Shown here piece by piece: positions 40,481 through 52,338 of a stretch of 64,000 nucleotides of DNA. A program made the position numbers and the translations under genes. Source of the DNA: Paramecium tetraurelia (Eukaryota). Below the pieces are notes generated by a model that had not been told where the DNA came from, did no database searches, and was given only the letters and a program-made list of their open reading frames with translations. The first letter of the stretch is position 1. Every line of letters begins with the position of its first letter. Where the stretch lies: contig CT867999.1 in assembly GCA_000165425.1 (NCBI GenBank), positions 62,001-126,000 on the forward strand, given 5' to 3'.

Positions 40481-43400
40481 ATGATGCTTTTTAGATTAAT
40501 AATACTATCTATGAGTACTTTTTCATAGATTTTGTACCACGAAAGTTTTACTAGCAACTCATTCACAACTTCCGAGGGTATTAAATTATTCTAATTGAAG
40601 AATGGGTGTTGAAAGGATAAACTAATGTATATAGTGACTGTGGTACAGTAAGACTTCTGGGGGGATATGACGGATTTGGTAAAGGAGCTTCAGCTACTAT
40701 GTTTATTTAATTACCACCCCATCATACAATTCAGATAACCTTGGAATTTTGGAAGTAAGATTTTTTAATTAATATAGAATTGATACTTGGGACAGTGAAA
40801 TTTTTTTCATTTATTTAGATTAGGTTTCAGCCTTTTAATAAGCTTATATAATGGGAGGTACCTAAACTTGTGGAAAAATATAAGGTGAAACAATTCAACA
40901 AATAAGCATCACGAAACCTCACAACTTTTAATCTCTTTTTATTTTAATGACATCTGATATAGATGAGACTCCTTCAAATGTATTCGAATTTAATACTAAA
41001 ATTTAGGAATCCTGGGGGATCAGGGATTTTAAATTATATATATATCCTTGCCCAACTGGATGCTAAACTTGCATTTCAACAGACTCTAGAATAAATTGCA
41101 TAATTTGGAGTATTGTTGAAGAAAGTCTTACTAGTCTTGATATTAACACTTTTAAACCTGACGGCTGGACAATAGAAAGAGGATACAAATACACTAGTAA
41201 TTGCTTATGTAAGTCTTTTAAAGTATCTAGCTATTCCTCTACTTGGTGGCTATGATTACACTGGAGAAAATAGTTATATATACAAGAAAATTAATTTGCC
41301 TGCTCATAATCAAATCAAAATTAAATTTAGATTTATGTTCATAGATTCTTGGAATGCTGAAAATGCCTACCTATATGTTGATAATGTTTAGGTTTGGACT
41401 GATAGCTTTAATTACTAGAGCAGAGAAATATAGGATTTATGTGGATGGGCTTATGATGATATACCTCACAATTAAGAAATCACAGTATCTCACTCAAAAC
41501 AATCAATAACGTTAAAATTCACCAGTGATTTAGATTAAGTTCCAACAAACGAATCTTTTGGAATAAGAGATATATAAATATATATTCGTAATTTTTGCCT
41601 ATATTATTAGCTTGTGTATTTGGTTCCTCTTTTAGTTAAGCTTGTGGAACCGTTTGTGGTAATGGTGTAAAAGAATCACAAGAATAATGTGATGACGGTA
41701 ATATTTATGCATTTGATGGTTGTTTTAATTGTGAATATTCATGTGTAGAAGGGTGTTCAAATTGTATTGATGGTATTTGTTTTGAATGTGATATTGGATG
41801 GATATTCTATTCAGATTTTAATACATGTATTCCAATTGTAGATGATACTTAATATTAAATTTGGGAAGAATGTGATGATACATTATAATATGAGATTTGT
41901 TTAAATGGAAAATTCTTTTGTCCATCAAATTGTAAATCTTGTTAATTTGGTATTTGTTTATAATGTAAATTAAATTATGAATTAATTAATAATAGATGTG
42001 AATCTATATGTTAAAATTAATTAATACTTAATGATATATAATGTACTGATTATAATCTTCAACCATTTGATAAATGTCATTAATGTTATTATGATCTACA
42101 ACAAGGTTGTTAATTATAATCAAATGGGTTTTGTATCCAATGTTTAAATGGATGGATATTAGATATAAATTAGAATATCTGTATTCCAATTTGTGGGGAT
42201 CTTGTTATATTAGGTGATGAATAATGTGATATTAATAAATATACTAAATCATCATTTGGTTGTAATTAATGTGAATTTGATTGTTAAGATGAATGTACTG
42301 ATTGTTAATTTGGAAAATGTTATGATTGTATTCCAGGATGGAAATTAAAGAATTACTAATGTGAATCTGATTGTGGAAATAATTCAATATAAGGTTAAGA
42401 AGAATGTGATGATATGAATTCTATTAGATTTGATGGATGTAATAATTGTAGAAATGATTGTTAAAGAGAATGTTCATATTGTTAAAAAGGAATCTGTTTA
42501 GATTGCATATATGGTTGGCATTTAACTGATCATTTCATTTGTGAAGCTGAATGTGGAGATAATCTAATTGCTTTGATTTCATATGAAGAATGCGAAGATT
42601 CTAACTATGATTAATTTGATGGATGTTATTAATGTAAAACCGAATGCTGTCACTATTGCAATGCTTGTGTTTATGGATATTGTTATAATTGTGAATATAC
42701 ATTTACATTAATTGATTAATATTGTATTCCAGTTTGTGGAGATGGATTAATTACTGTTGAATATGAACAATGTGATGATATGAATGAAATTCCTTATGAT
42801 GGTTGTTATTTTTGCAATTACTAATGTAGAGAACGCTGTAAATTATGTATTAAAGGGATATGTTATGATAAGTGTGAGTATGGGTATGAAGAAGTGGATG
42901 ATGAATGCATCGCAATATGCGGAGATGGTATTGTAGTAGAATAAGAAGATTGTGATGATTAAAATGATATTTAATCTGATGGATGTTTTAAATGTAAGTT
43001 TCATTGTCCGGATCATTGTGAAATATGCTAATAAGGAAAATGTAAATTATGTGAATAAGGCTATGAACTAAATCGTATTCTAAATTAATGTCTCGCATAT
43101 TGTGGAAATGGTATGGTTTCAAAGGAAGAAGAATGTGATGACATGAATATAGAGGATGGAGATGGTTGTTCGTAACAGTGCAAAGTAGAAGTGAATTATG
43201 TTTGTAAAAACTATCAGTACTCCTTTACATAATGTACATATGAAAAGTACCCTTCTTTTGAAGCCGCGTTTATCAAATAAGATTATGAAATATAATACGT
43301 TTCCTTACATTTCGATCAGTAAGTAAAAATTCAGGATGATATAATATTTTCAGAGTACATCCAATTGAGTTTAAAAGAAATTGATCCGGAATTATATAAT

Positions 43401-44780
43401 ATAACATTGATCATAGTTTAAGAAGCTTATTAATATTGTACCTACGTAGAGTATATAGTGGAGATTGTTATTAATAGTACTCTTTCATCGCCACCTGTTC
43501 TTGAAGTTGTATTAAATGAGTAATTGTATAACGAGAATGACGCTCCTTTGATTAATTAAGATGGCAGTGTAAGATTGAATATACCTAAATACTTAGATGA
43601 TTAGAAGAAATAATCTGCATAAGTCTTAAAAAAAATGGGAACATATATAATGAATTCTATGGGTGGAGCAGGTTTTTTGGTTTTGCTTCTTGGTAACTCA
43701 TTTATTTTAAGAGGAGTTATTGAAGTACTCCAATAGCAATCTTATTTGAGATTTATTAATGTGATATTTCCACTTAATTTATTCATCTATTTTGAATCAA
43801 CTAACATCATAACAGTTTAACCTATGTTGGATTTCTTTAATTTCAATTATTTTTCGTCTGAATTAGTAGAACTGCCTTTTGTTGAATCCTATGAAAAACT
43901 AAAATTTTATGATATTAATGCAGATCTTGTGAATAATATCTAGGCCTAAATATTTTTGAGTCTGGCACTTTATTCTGTGTATATTGGATGCCATTTTCTA
44001 ATTGAAATTTTTAGGGTAATGGAAGTTCATCATTTTTTGTAATTTGGTGAAAGTGTTGCTTCACTTTTATTGAAATTTTTTAAGAGCCTTACTACACTAA
44101 AAAGAGAATTATAGAAGGATGGATTGAAGTAATTTTTATTGGCTAATTGTTGGGATTTATTGTTTATGTCCTTTTTATAAATCCGCTCATCATCCTTTAA
44201 GGACTTGAGATCCATATTCTCAGTTATTTTAGGCTATTCAATCATATACACATGTGCATTGATAATATCATGTTATTTTTTAAGAGAGGATCTAAGAATG
44301 CCTTTATTTTCTTAATATTGGATCAAAAAGTTTAATTTATTCTTAATCTTTAAAAAACTATTATTCATTGCTATTTTAGTTTTATTTTAGCAGAGTTAGG
44401 AAATTCAGTCTATGTTATTAACACTGGTTTGCCAAATATATTTAATTTACATCTTCTTATTTAGACCCTTTCAGAGTAAAACTGAGTATATCAATCTAAT
44501 AATTACAGAGATGAGCGTGTTTGTATTTTGTTTTACAGTAATCTTGTATTGGAACCAAATGGAATCCAGATTTGATTATGATAATTAAGTGATTCTTGGC
44601 TGGTTTCATATCGCTACATTGCTATCAGTCTTAATAATAAACTTGGCAATTCAGTTATACGTTGTCTTAGGTAAATTAACAAGTGTTGTTATGAAGAAAT
44701 TATAATAATCAATTAATCATCATTAAATTTAGTAAATGGATCCATATCCATTGAGAAATGTTATGGAATACAAACTATGA
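40481..44780 (+). CDS. Cys-rich multi-TM surface protein, paralog C
   Basis: Same architecture and similar 5' intron positions as A and B; ends DPYPLRNVMEYKL* (TGA 44778-44780). Confidence 0.9.
41669..42900 (+). repeat. Third near-identical copy of the Cys-rich stalk segment (direct repeat of about 27364-28595)
   Basis: Base-for-base match to paralog B from AAAGAATCACAAGAATAATGTGATGAC onward; similarity decays after about 42900 and is clearly lower beyond about 43170. Confidence 0.9.
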
Positions 44781-45024
44781 TTTTAGACTTTGATTTTATT
44801 GTGTATATTTCTATTTTATCAAAGTATTTCTGATTATGAAAATTATTACACTTTCTATTTAATTCTGAGTTGGTCAAACGAATTTAATAATAAATATTAG
44901 AAATAAGAGACAATGTATAATTTAATTAATTAATACGATCTAAAATTATGAAGGGATGTAAATCATAATGAGAATTCTTGGGATGTAGATTAATGATACA
45001 ATTTTTGAATAAATATATCTTAAA

Positions 45025-45659
45025 TCATTCTTTTATTTTCCAGATGCGGAATAGTGCAAATCCACTTAAAAACACAATTAGTAAGAAGATGATATCTTCG
45101 AATAATGCTAATACACCACAAAAGGGGAGACTAACAAAGTAGGGAGAATAAATTACTATTCAAAAAGTAATGACAATACGACGAATCCATTAAATCCAAG
45201 TATGTCAACAATGGAAAAGGTTATCCAACAAAGTATCAATATGATTTAGACCCATTTGTACAAAACCAAGAGGTATGGATCTGAAACTACACCCTTATAA
45301 CCTCGATAAAATATAAAACTCTAACTATGCAGAATATTTTACAATTAAATTGGGTTGAAGGAAAACAAGAACATAAAACTATACAATATGCGTATTCCAT
45401 CATTTCCATATCCAGCCTAAATACTATTATCAATGATATTTAAGAGAGTGTAGGCCATAATGAGTATGCTTGACAACCACAATGATCTTACCACCAATCT
45501 ATATTCCGGTTATACTTCTTCAATATTGTAATGAATAACTTTTATCAAGGGTGGGTAGTTGAAATCGTCCCAATTTATTTTTTATTTTGAGTCATTTTGA
45601 TTAGATTTGATTGATCTGATAGAATCATTCAAGACTGAATTAACTACATACGAAGCCAT
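45025..45659 (-). CDS. SCAMP-like four-TM protein
   Basis: FNYPPLIKVIHYNIEEV..VVRSLW, FIFYRGYK, GFNGF, four hydrophobic segments, two short introns. Confidence 0.65.
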
Positions 45660-45781
45660 ATTAATATTTATATAATTATTTTAATGTAGAAATTATGTGC
45701 TACATATTAATGTATATTAATTATCTCATTAGTGCACTATTCGTTCATTTCTAATTATTGAAGTAATATTATATTTAATTA

Positions 45782-46396
45782 ATGTAGAGGGAGATAATTA
45801 ATAGACTAAAACCCTAGGAACAGTTGAATTTAGTAGCTGTGATGAAGGAATTCATCATATTCGAAAGACAAATTGTTGATCTCAAGAATTTAATGTTGAT
45901 AACTCAAGACATAAGTTGGGAGGCAATTTCAAAATTAATAGGAACAAAGTTGAATTTTTAGGAATTTTTAGGTTTGCTCAAGAAATTCAAACATGACTGC
46001 AATGTTGAAGTGGCTAAAAGATTGTTCTCATGTTATGATAAAGAAGAGAAAGGGTTTTTGGATGAGTCGGATCTTAAGTTGATGATTCTCCCAAATTCTC
46101 TAATAACCTAAAATATCAATGATACTGGAGAAATCAAAATAGAAGTATTGAGCAAACTCTTCTAAGTGATATTAGAAGTGTAATTAAAATAGTTGAAATG
46201 TTTGAGAAATTATAAATTTAATGCAGAATTGGCTTTTAGGTTTTTGAGTTAAGGAAGATTGACAGTCAATCAAAATCATGTTAAGATGTTTTTGAAAACT
46301 AATGGTATTTAATGCACTAATAATGAATTGATGTTATTGCACCCTTTCGATTTGAGTTTATAATAATTTATTATTAAATATGAATGCAAAATCTGA
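45782..46396 (+). CDS. EF-hand protein
   Basis: LFSCYDKEEKGFLDESDL EF-hand loop; intronless frame to TGA 46394-46396. Confidence 0.65.
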
Positions 46397-48061
46397 TTTG
46401 CCATGTAGATTCTTCCTTTAAGGTATATGTAGAGAAGGGGATTAATGTAGATTTTCTCATGGCACAGATAGACTTAATATGGAGGGAAATACAGAAAGAA
46501 TACAATTAAACAAATAATTTGGATCTGATCAATAAACTAGTAGGTTTTCATTTCGTGGGAGATAACAGGGAAGAGAAACTAATGATAGAAACTAATTTGA
46601 AGGATTCGAAAGCAATTTTAAAGATTATTCAAATAATTACGATAAATCATATAAATTGAATAGAACAAAGTAATCTGATAATCTCGAAAACTATCAATAA
46701 ACATAAAATATAGACAGGCAATCACAACCATACAATTTTAATGATAATAGAAGTAAAGAATTCGAAAATTAATGATAGGATCATAATAGAGGGATAGAAA
46801 CAATGTTAATTCTGATCGATGGGATAAAATTTAGGAAAATGATGAGGATCAATAAAAAGATGTTAGAGAATTCTAATTTAGAAAAACTGGGAGAGGAAGA
46901 GGTAGAGGAAATTCACAATTTCTTGGTTAAAAGAGAGATTATGCAAACTATGGTCGAGGGAGTGGTAGAGCTGAATTCTAAAGGAATTATGATAATAAGG
47001 GGGATGCACAGGATGAGGCATTTAATGTATAAAAAAGAGTCAAGAGAAATGATGTAATTGTTAAAAAAAGAGCGAAAATCTTAAAATTAGAATAGAATTT
47101 AGAGATGTATGAATTTGTTAAGGTGCTTGGATATTATAATGAATAATTGATAATATTGAAGGCTAATCAAATTGAATTTTATAATATTCTATTCAAAAGA
47201 AATGGAACTGATATCTTAGATGACAGTTTAAGGACCAGTTTGGATCATTGGGGCAAGGTCTTTTTAAATGGTTGGGTTTAACAGAAATAGGATGGCACAT
47301 TGAATTTAACAATCGAGTTTTTGAACAAAGGTGAGACGATTAAAAACTTACTTATTTATCCAAATTTGTTGAAGTAATAAGCAAATTTGCCTATAAATGA
47401 TTTAACGCTAGAGTAATAATCTCATTTGCTCATAAATGAGGTAACGCTAAAGAATATAGTGTTTGTAGATCATGAATAGGATAGAATCTTAACATTTTGC
47501 TAAGATGGTTTGATTAGAATATTTTAATTAACTGGAGATCAATATAAGTACGTTTAGCATTTCAATTTGGAACTAACAATAGAGGCAGTGATAAAGGTAG
47601 GAAGTAATTACTTGATTGGTACAAGAAATTAAAAACTCTTATTGTTTGACGGATAAACAATACAGAAAATTAATTATTAATTTAATAAATTATGCACTTA
47701 AATGATTGTAGATTACAACAGAGTCATATTAAAAATGGATAATGAAAATGAAACATCCATCTTTATCTTAACATAGAATTTATAAGTGATTGGACCTATA
47801 CATACAGGATCCAAGATTAATAGTTTGGGAATTATTAGAAGTTATGAAAATGATAAACTATTCATTTTCAGTGTAAATAATACAATAGAAACATTTATAG
47901 AAATTGATAATGCGTTATACTAATTTAATAAGATTTCAGATTAGAGTATCTAGAATATCTAAAAGTTTGAGCTGACCAATGAAAATATGTTAATTTAAAA
48001 ATATATAATAGGGAACAATGGGTTAGATATTAAAATATTTAGCATTGTCCCTGAAGAGTGA
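46380..48061 (+). CDS. CCCH zinc finger + RG-rich region + WD40-like propeller protein
   Basis: CRFFLQGICREGDQCRFSH; 26-nt intron 46753-46778 removes a TGA; GRGRGRG; beta-rich C-terminus with ILTFCQDGLIRIF. Confidence 0.75.
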
Positions 48062-48477
48062 TTTTTATCTTATTTTAAATAATGTTATTCATCTTATTGG
48101 TTAATTCAAATTTATATTAAAGGCACTCTCAGATATATTTTTGTAAAATGTATCAAAGTTAATCATTTAGAATAGAATGTATATGTTGCAAATTTTCTAT
48201 CTTAATTTAAACAGTTTGTGGGTAATTATACTTTTAACTTTAATGTAACAAAAACAGATAGAATATATTTACTTAAAAAGATGAAATTAAAAACAATAAT
48301 AATCTAATTTAATTGAAGTTAATAAATTGAAAATAACCAAAATAATGATGATCATGGTTGCCAAGTTTGTTTCAATAAGAATTTTATTAAAGGCACTAAT
48401 CTTTTAGAAATATGTCAGATAGAATTAAGGAATTGATATAATTCTATCATGCAACTTTTTCAAGTAATTAATAATAA

Positions 48478-48900
48478 ATGTCTGAATTTTATATAGCTGA
48501 AGAATAGTTAGAGGATTATTGCGAATCAACTAAAATATAATAAGAATAAAACAACAAAAATAATAATAATAATAATACAAACTTATATCTAAATGAAGTT
48601 AAAGAGAAAAGCTAATTTGAAAATTAGTTAATAATTTATACAAATTTAGGAGAAAATTATTCAAGGAATCTTTTATTTCTACCGTTCTTTCATTATAAAA
48701 ATTTTGGTTCTAAAATAGTGCTATTAACTAAACATTCTTTAAATGTATTATCCTGTATAATTATTATTATTAGCAAGGAAGATTTATCAATAATAGCAGA
48801 ATTAATTTTTCTTTGATCCACTATTAATCACTCGGTGTTTCAACCAGTCAATAAAGTTCCACTAGTGATTAGTGAGTATTTTTAATATTTAAATAAACAA
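48478..48900 (+). CDS. Hypothetical protein (end uncertain)
   Basis: MSEFYIAEEQLEDYCEST.. with Asn run and candidate intron near 48746. Confidence 0.3.
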
Positions 48901-48959
48901 AATAAAAATTATTTTAAGTATTTATTTTTGAAATACCTTATTAGAGATTTTTTACTTAA

Positions 48960-49499
48960 TCAAACTTTGATTCCTATCTCAATGCATTTCCTGAAAAAAC
49001 AAGAATAGAAGTTCTTATTAATATTTTTATCATATACATTAGCCCAATTGTTTAAGAAAATTAAAAAAATGAGTGAAGTCTGATTAAAGGTAACCCCCAA
49101 GATTTTACCATAAAAAAGTGAATGATTATATGGTATTTCATCCTTGGTTTCAAAGTACTAATTCAATTCTTTCATATAATTGATTGAGTACTCTATCATT
49201 TCTTAATTTATCTTGGCATTCTTGAAAATTTGATATTCTAATAGCTTTCAATTTGTTTTTATAATTTGCATTTTTAATTTAGAAATTGGACCACGTAATC
49301 AACTACTTCTTTTTATGACACAAATTTCCAATAGATTTTTATATCCTTCTACTACAATATTGTTTAATTTAGATATGTGAAAATCATTTGGTTATTATTA
49401 ATCTTCAGATTAGTATTTCTATAATTATCTTATACAATTAAGGAATTGGGGACTCCCTTGTTCATCAACTTCGAAATCATCCCAATCTGAAGTACTCAT
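48960..49499 (-). CDS. Hypothetical protein (boundaries approximate)
   Basis: MSTSDWDDFEVDEQGSPQF start; frame joins need unresolved introns. Confidence 0.35.
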
Positions 49500-49573
49500 G
49501 TCAAAATTTGTAATCTTATTCTTATTTACACGTTATTGAATACAGATCTTCATCTTTGTTTATTATTTAATTT

Positions 49574-50309
49574 ATGAATCAATCTCTTATTTAAATTAGG
49601 CAATAAAGAAGAATTTTGCCAAACAATAAGAAATATACAAAACCATTACCCTCATTTGGATCTAAGCGCAATGCTACTCTTATATATGATAGATCAGTAC
49701 TAACTAATGAAAGAATAAACAAAAATCTAAGAATTGAGAAGAATATATTTGGTGAGTCAAGTTGTCATTGTGATTCCTGTGGTAAACGATCGACTCTAAT
49801 GAAGAAGATATTTCAGTTATATTAATTTCCTCAAACAAAGTATCATATTACTCTAAAAAAATAGCTAATGGAGAAAGTAAAAATAAATTCGCCGATTCAG
49901 AAGACTTATCCATTGTATTATCTTTATTATCAGATACAGAATTGTGAAAAGAATCAAAACAAAAAAGAAATTCACTATTAAAAAGGTGCTAACTAAATAA
50001 ACTATCAATGAACAACAATAATAAAAACCATCAACTATTTAGAGTGCAATTTTAGAACTGAAACAGATTATTAGAGTAGATTCCACTTAATAATCAAAGA
50101 GGAATAAGCCAAAAAGCAAAGATTCTAAAAATTCATACACTTCGTTACTTAAAGGAAGAAGGAATTTAAGATAATTATTTTTTATTCCCTAATTAGAGAG
50201 TCCAATCAAATAATTTATTATTAAAAATTCGAAACCAAATACTGTTCATCACTCTCCAATGTAATCATTGTACGATTTCAAAATTTCCTCCTCTTTTAGA
50301 GGATTGTGA
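49574..50309 (+). CDS. Hypothetical basic protein with CxCxxCG motif
   Basis: ATG 49574; CHCDSCGKR; end approximate. Confidence 0.55.
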
Positions 50310-50466
50310 TTATATTTTAATACAATTGAGTTTTTTTACTAACCTTATTAAAGCGCATATAAATCAAAGACCCAGACAAACATCAATGTGTAAAATTATT
50401 ATTTTGTTGGTTTAAGAGAATTAAAACTTGATCAGTCATTCTCTTTTTATAAATATTAATAAATTT

Positions 50467-51711
50467 ATGTAAGTACTTTAACCAATTAACGATCACTAAT
50501 AGCCCGTAAAAATTACAGCAGACTACTTGTTTCAAGATGCCCCTCAGACTCGATGTATCTATCATCCATAATACATACGTCATTTTTGTAAGGAACCATC
50601 TTGTTTGATGCCTTTGTGTCAAGATTGCATTTAGGTGCATCCACATTAGCATTCTCGATTTAGTATACCATAATTCAAATTTTATTAGTTGACTCAATTG
50701 AGAGTACATTAACATAAGTTTACAAAGGATATGCGAGTAGGGCAAATGAGATTGCTACTCATCAAACAGGCGATATCCTGTAAATCAGACAAGACTTACA
50801 CAAATTGATCGATATGATTGTAGATGATGTGTTGAATAAGGCAGATAAGAATTACTAATATGATTTGATTGTGTAATGGAGGAATCTGATAAAGAAACTA
50901 GAAAGATTAAAAGACCCAAATTACTGTTTAAAAGAAACGATACTATACTTTGCAGACCAAGAGAGTTAGAATCCTCAATTGAAATATTAAGGTGTGCCAA
51001 TCTAAGTGAATTATGAAGCATTGGAATAAGCAAAGTTCCATCTTCATCATCTATTCATGGTGACATTGGAGGATGGAGAATACTTTTTTAGACCTGGTGA
51101 AAGAACAGGTGATAATCCTATAAGAAGAGTATCAAGAATGGTATATGACCCTGTTTTATCCACTCATGCAGACTATCAACCATATAATTATAGTCCATAA
51201 AGGGTGATGGTTAGTCCACCTGTGTAGCCAATACCATAACAAATTATTTATCAAACTCAAGCCCCTCCTCCAGTGCCACCCCCAGTCTAATAGCCACAAA
51301 TAGTGCAAATAGTCCCTTAGGTCTAACCATATACACAAACTTTCATATAATAACCACAACAATTGACCTATACGTAGGCCCCACCTTAACCATAACCTAT
51401 TGTGATCAACAAACCCGAACCTCCTCAACCCTTAGTCTATTATCAAGAAAGCCCAATCAAAATGGTTTCACCAAAATAAGAACCTGTGATCTAATAAATC
51501 ACAGTACCACAACCAACGATTTAATAACAGATCCCATAACCATAGATCATCTAATATGTTCAACCTGTAGTTAGAGCACCATAATAGACCATTCCGACAG
51601 CTTATACAGTGTCAACAGCCAAACCTTTTGCTCCTTTATAAGTATTATATGTTGATGAATTCTTAGCAGAGTGGAGAATACTCACATCCATACCCATTAG
51701 TGCAGTAATGA
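50467..51711 (+). CDS. B-box-like zinc finger, coiled region and Pro/Gln-rich C-terminus
   Basis: CIYH..HFCKEPSCLMPLCQDCIQVH; P/Q/V-rich region about 51180-51640; two short introns; TGA 51709-51711. Confidence 0.75.
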
Positions 51712-51721
51712 TGTTATATGA

Positions 51722-52086
51722 TCAGAATGTTATTGATATTAACTCAATTTCCATGATTAATTTTTCATTGCTTGGGATTATGCCAGTCAATCCTTCTCTC
51801 TGATAGGCGAACTGGGGGGGGATTTCTGCTTTGACTTTTTCTCCGATGGTCATTTTATAAAGTATTTGTTGCAAGCCAGGAATAACGTCATCGACTCCTA
51901 TTTGAAACTCGAATGGGCGATCAGCATCTTTTGTAGTTTCGATCTTTTCTCCATTGGGTCTCTTGATTAAAAGGATTGATTAGATACGAAAGCTTCGAAA
52001 TGGATGCGCAGATGGTTTCCTTTCTTGGGATAGGTGATCTCGTCTCCTCTTTTTACGGTTGTTATGATAACTTGAGGTTTTTCCAT
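51722..52086 (-). CDS. FKBP12-type peptidyl-prolyl isomerase family protein (divergent active site)
   Basis: GDEITYPKKG..PFEFQIG..VIPG..MTIGEK..IPPQFAY..GIIP; one 26-nt intron. Confidence 0.9.
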
Positions 52087-52338
52087 TAATAAGATTAAAT
52101 AATATATAATATATAAATCAAGACAATATAGGTAGGCGTAAGTACGATATTTGATTAGAATTAGAGTGGGTATTGAGAGTCTGAAGAGGCAGGGGAGGAA
52201 GGAGTAGACAAAGGAGAGAAGTGTTGGGAGTGGATTCTGGGGGATGGGTGATGATGGTTTATGAATGAGAAAGGATTGATGTTTTATGATTTTGAATGTA
52301 TATTGAAATATTTAATCACTATTTATTTATTTGTTTTG

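Noticed and set aside
44950..45535. Long plus-strand code-6 open frame
   Set aside because: Antisense to the better-supported SCAMP-like gene; long spurious frames are common when TGA is the only stop
46771..46776. In-frame TGA as selenocysteine or read-through (also 56341-56343)
   Set aside because: Both lie inside canonical 25-26-nt introns whose removal restores the downstream frame
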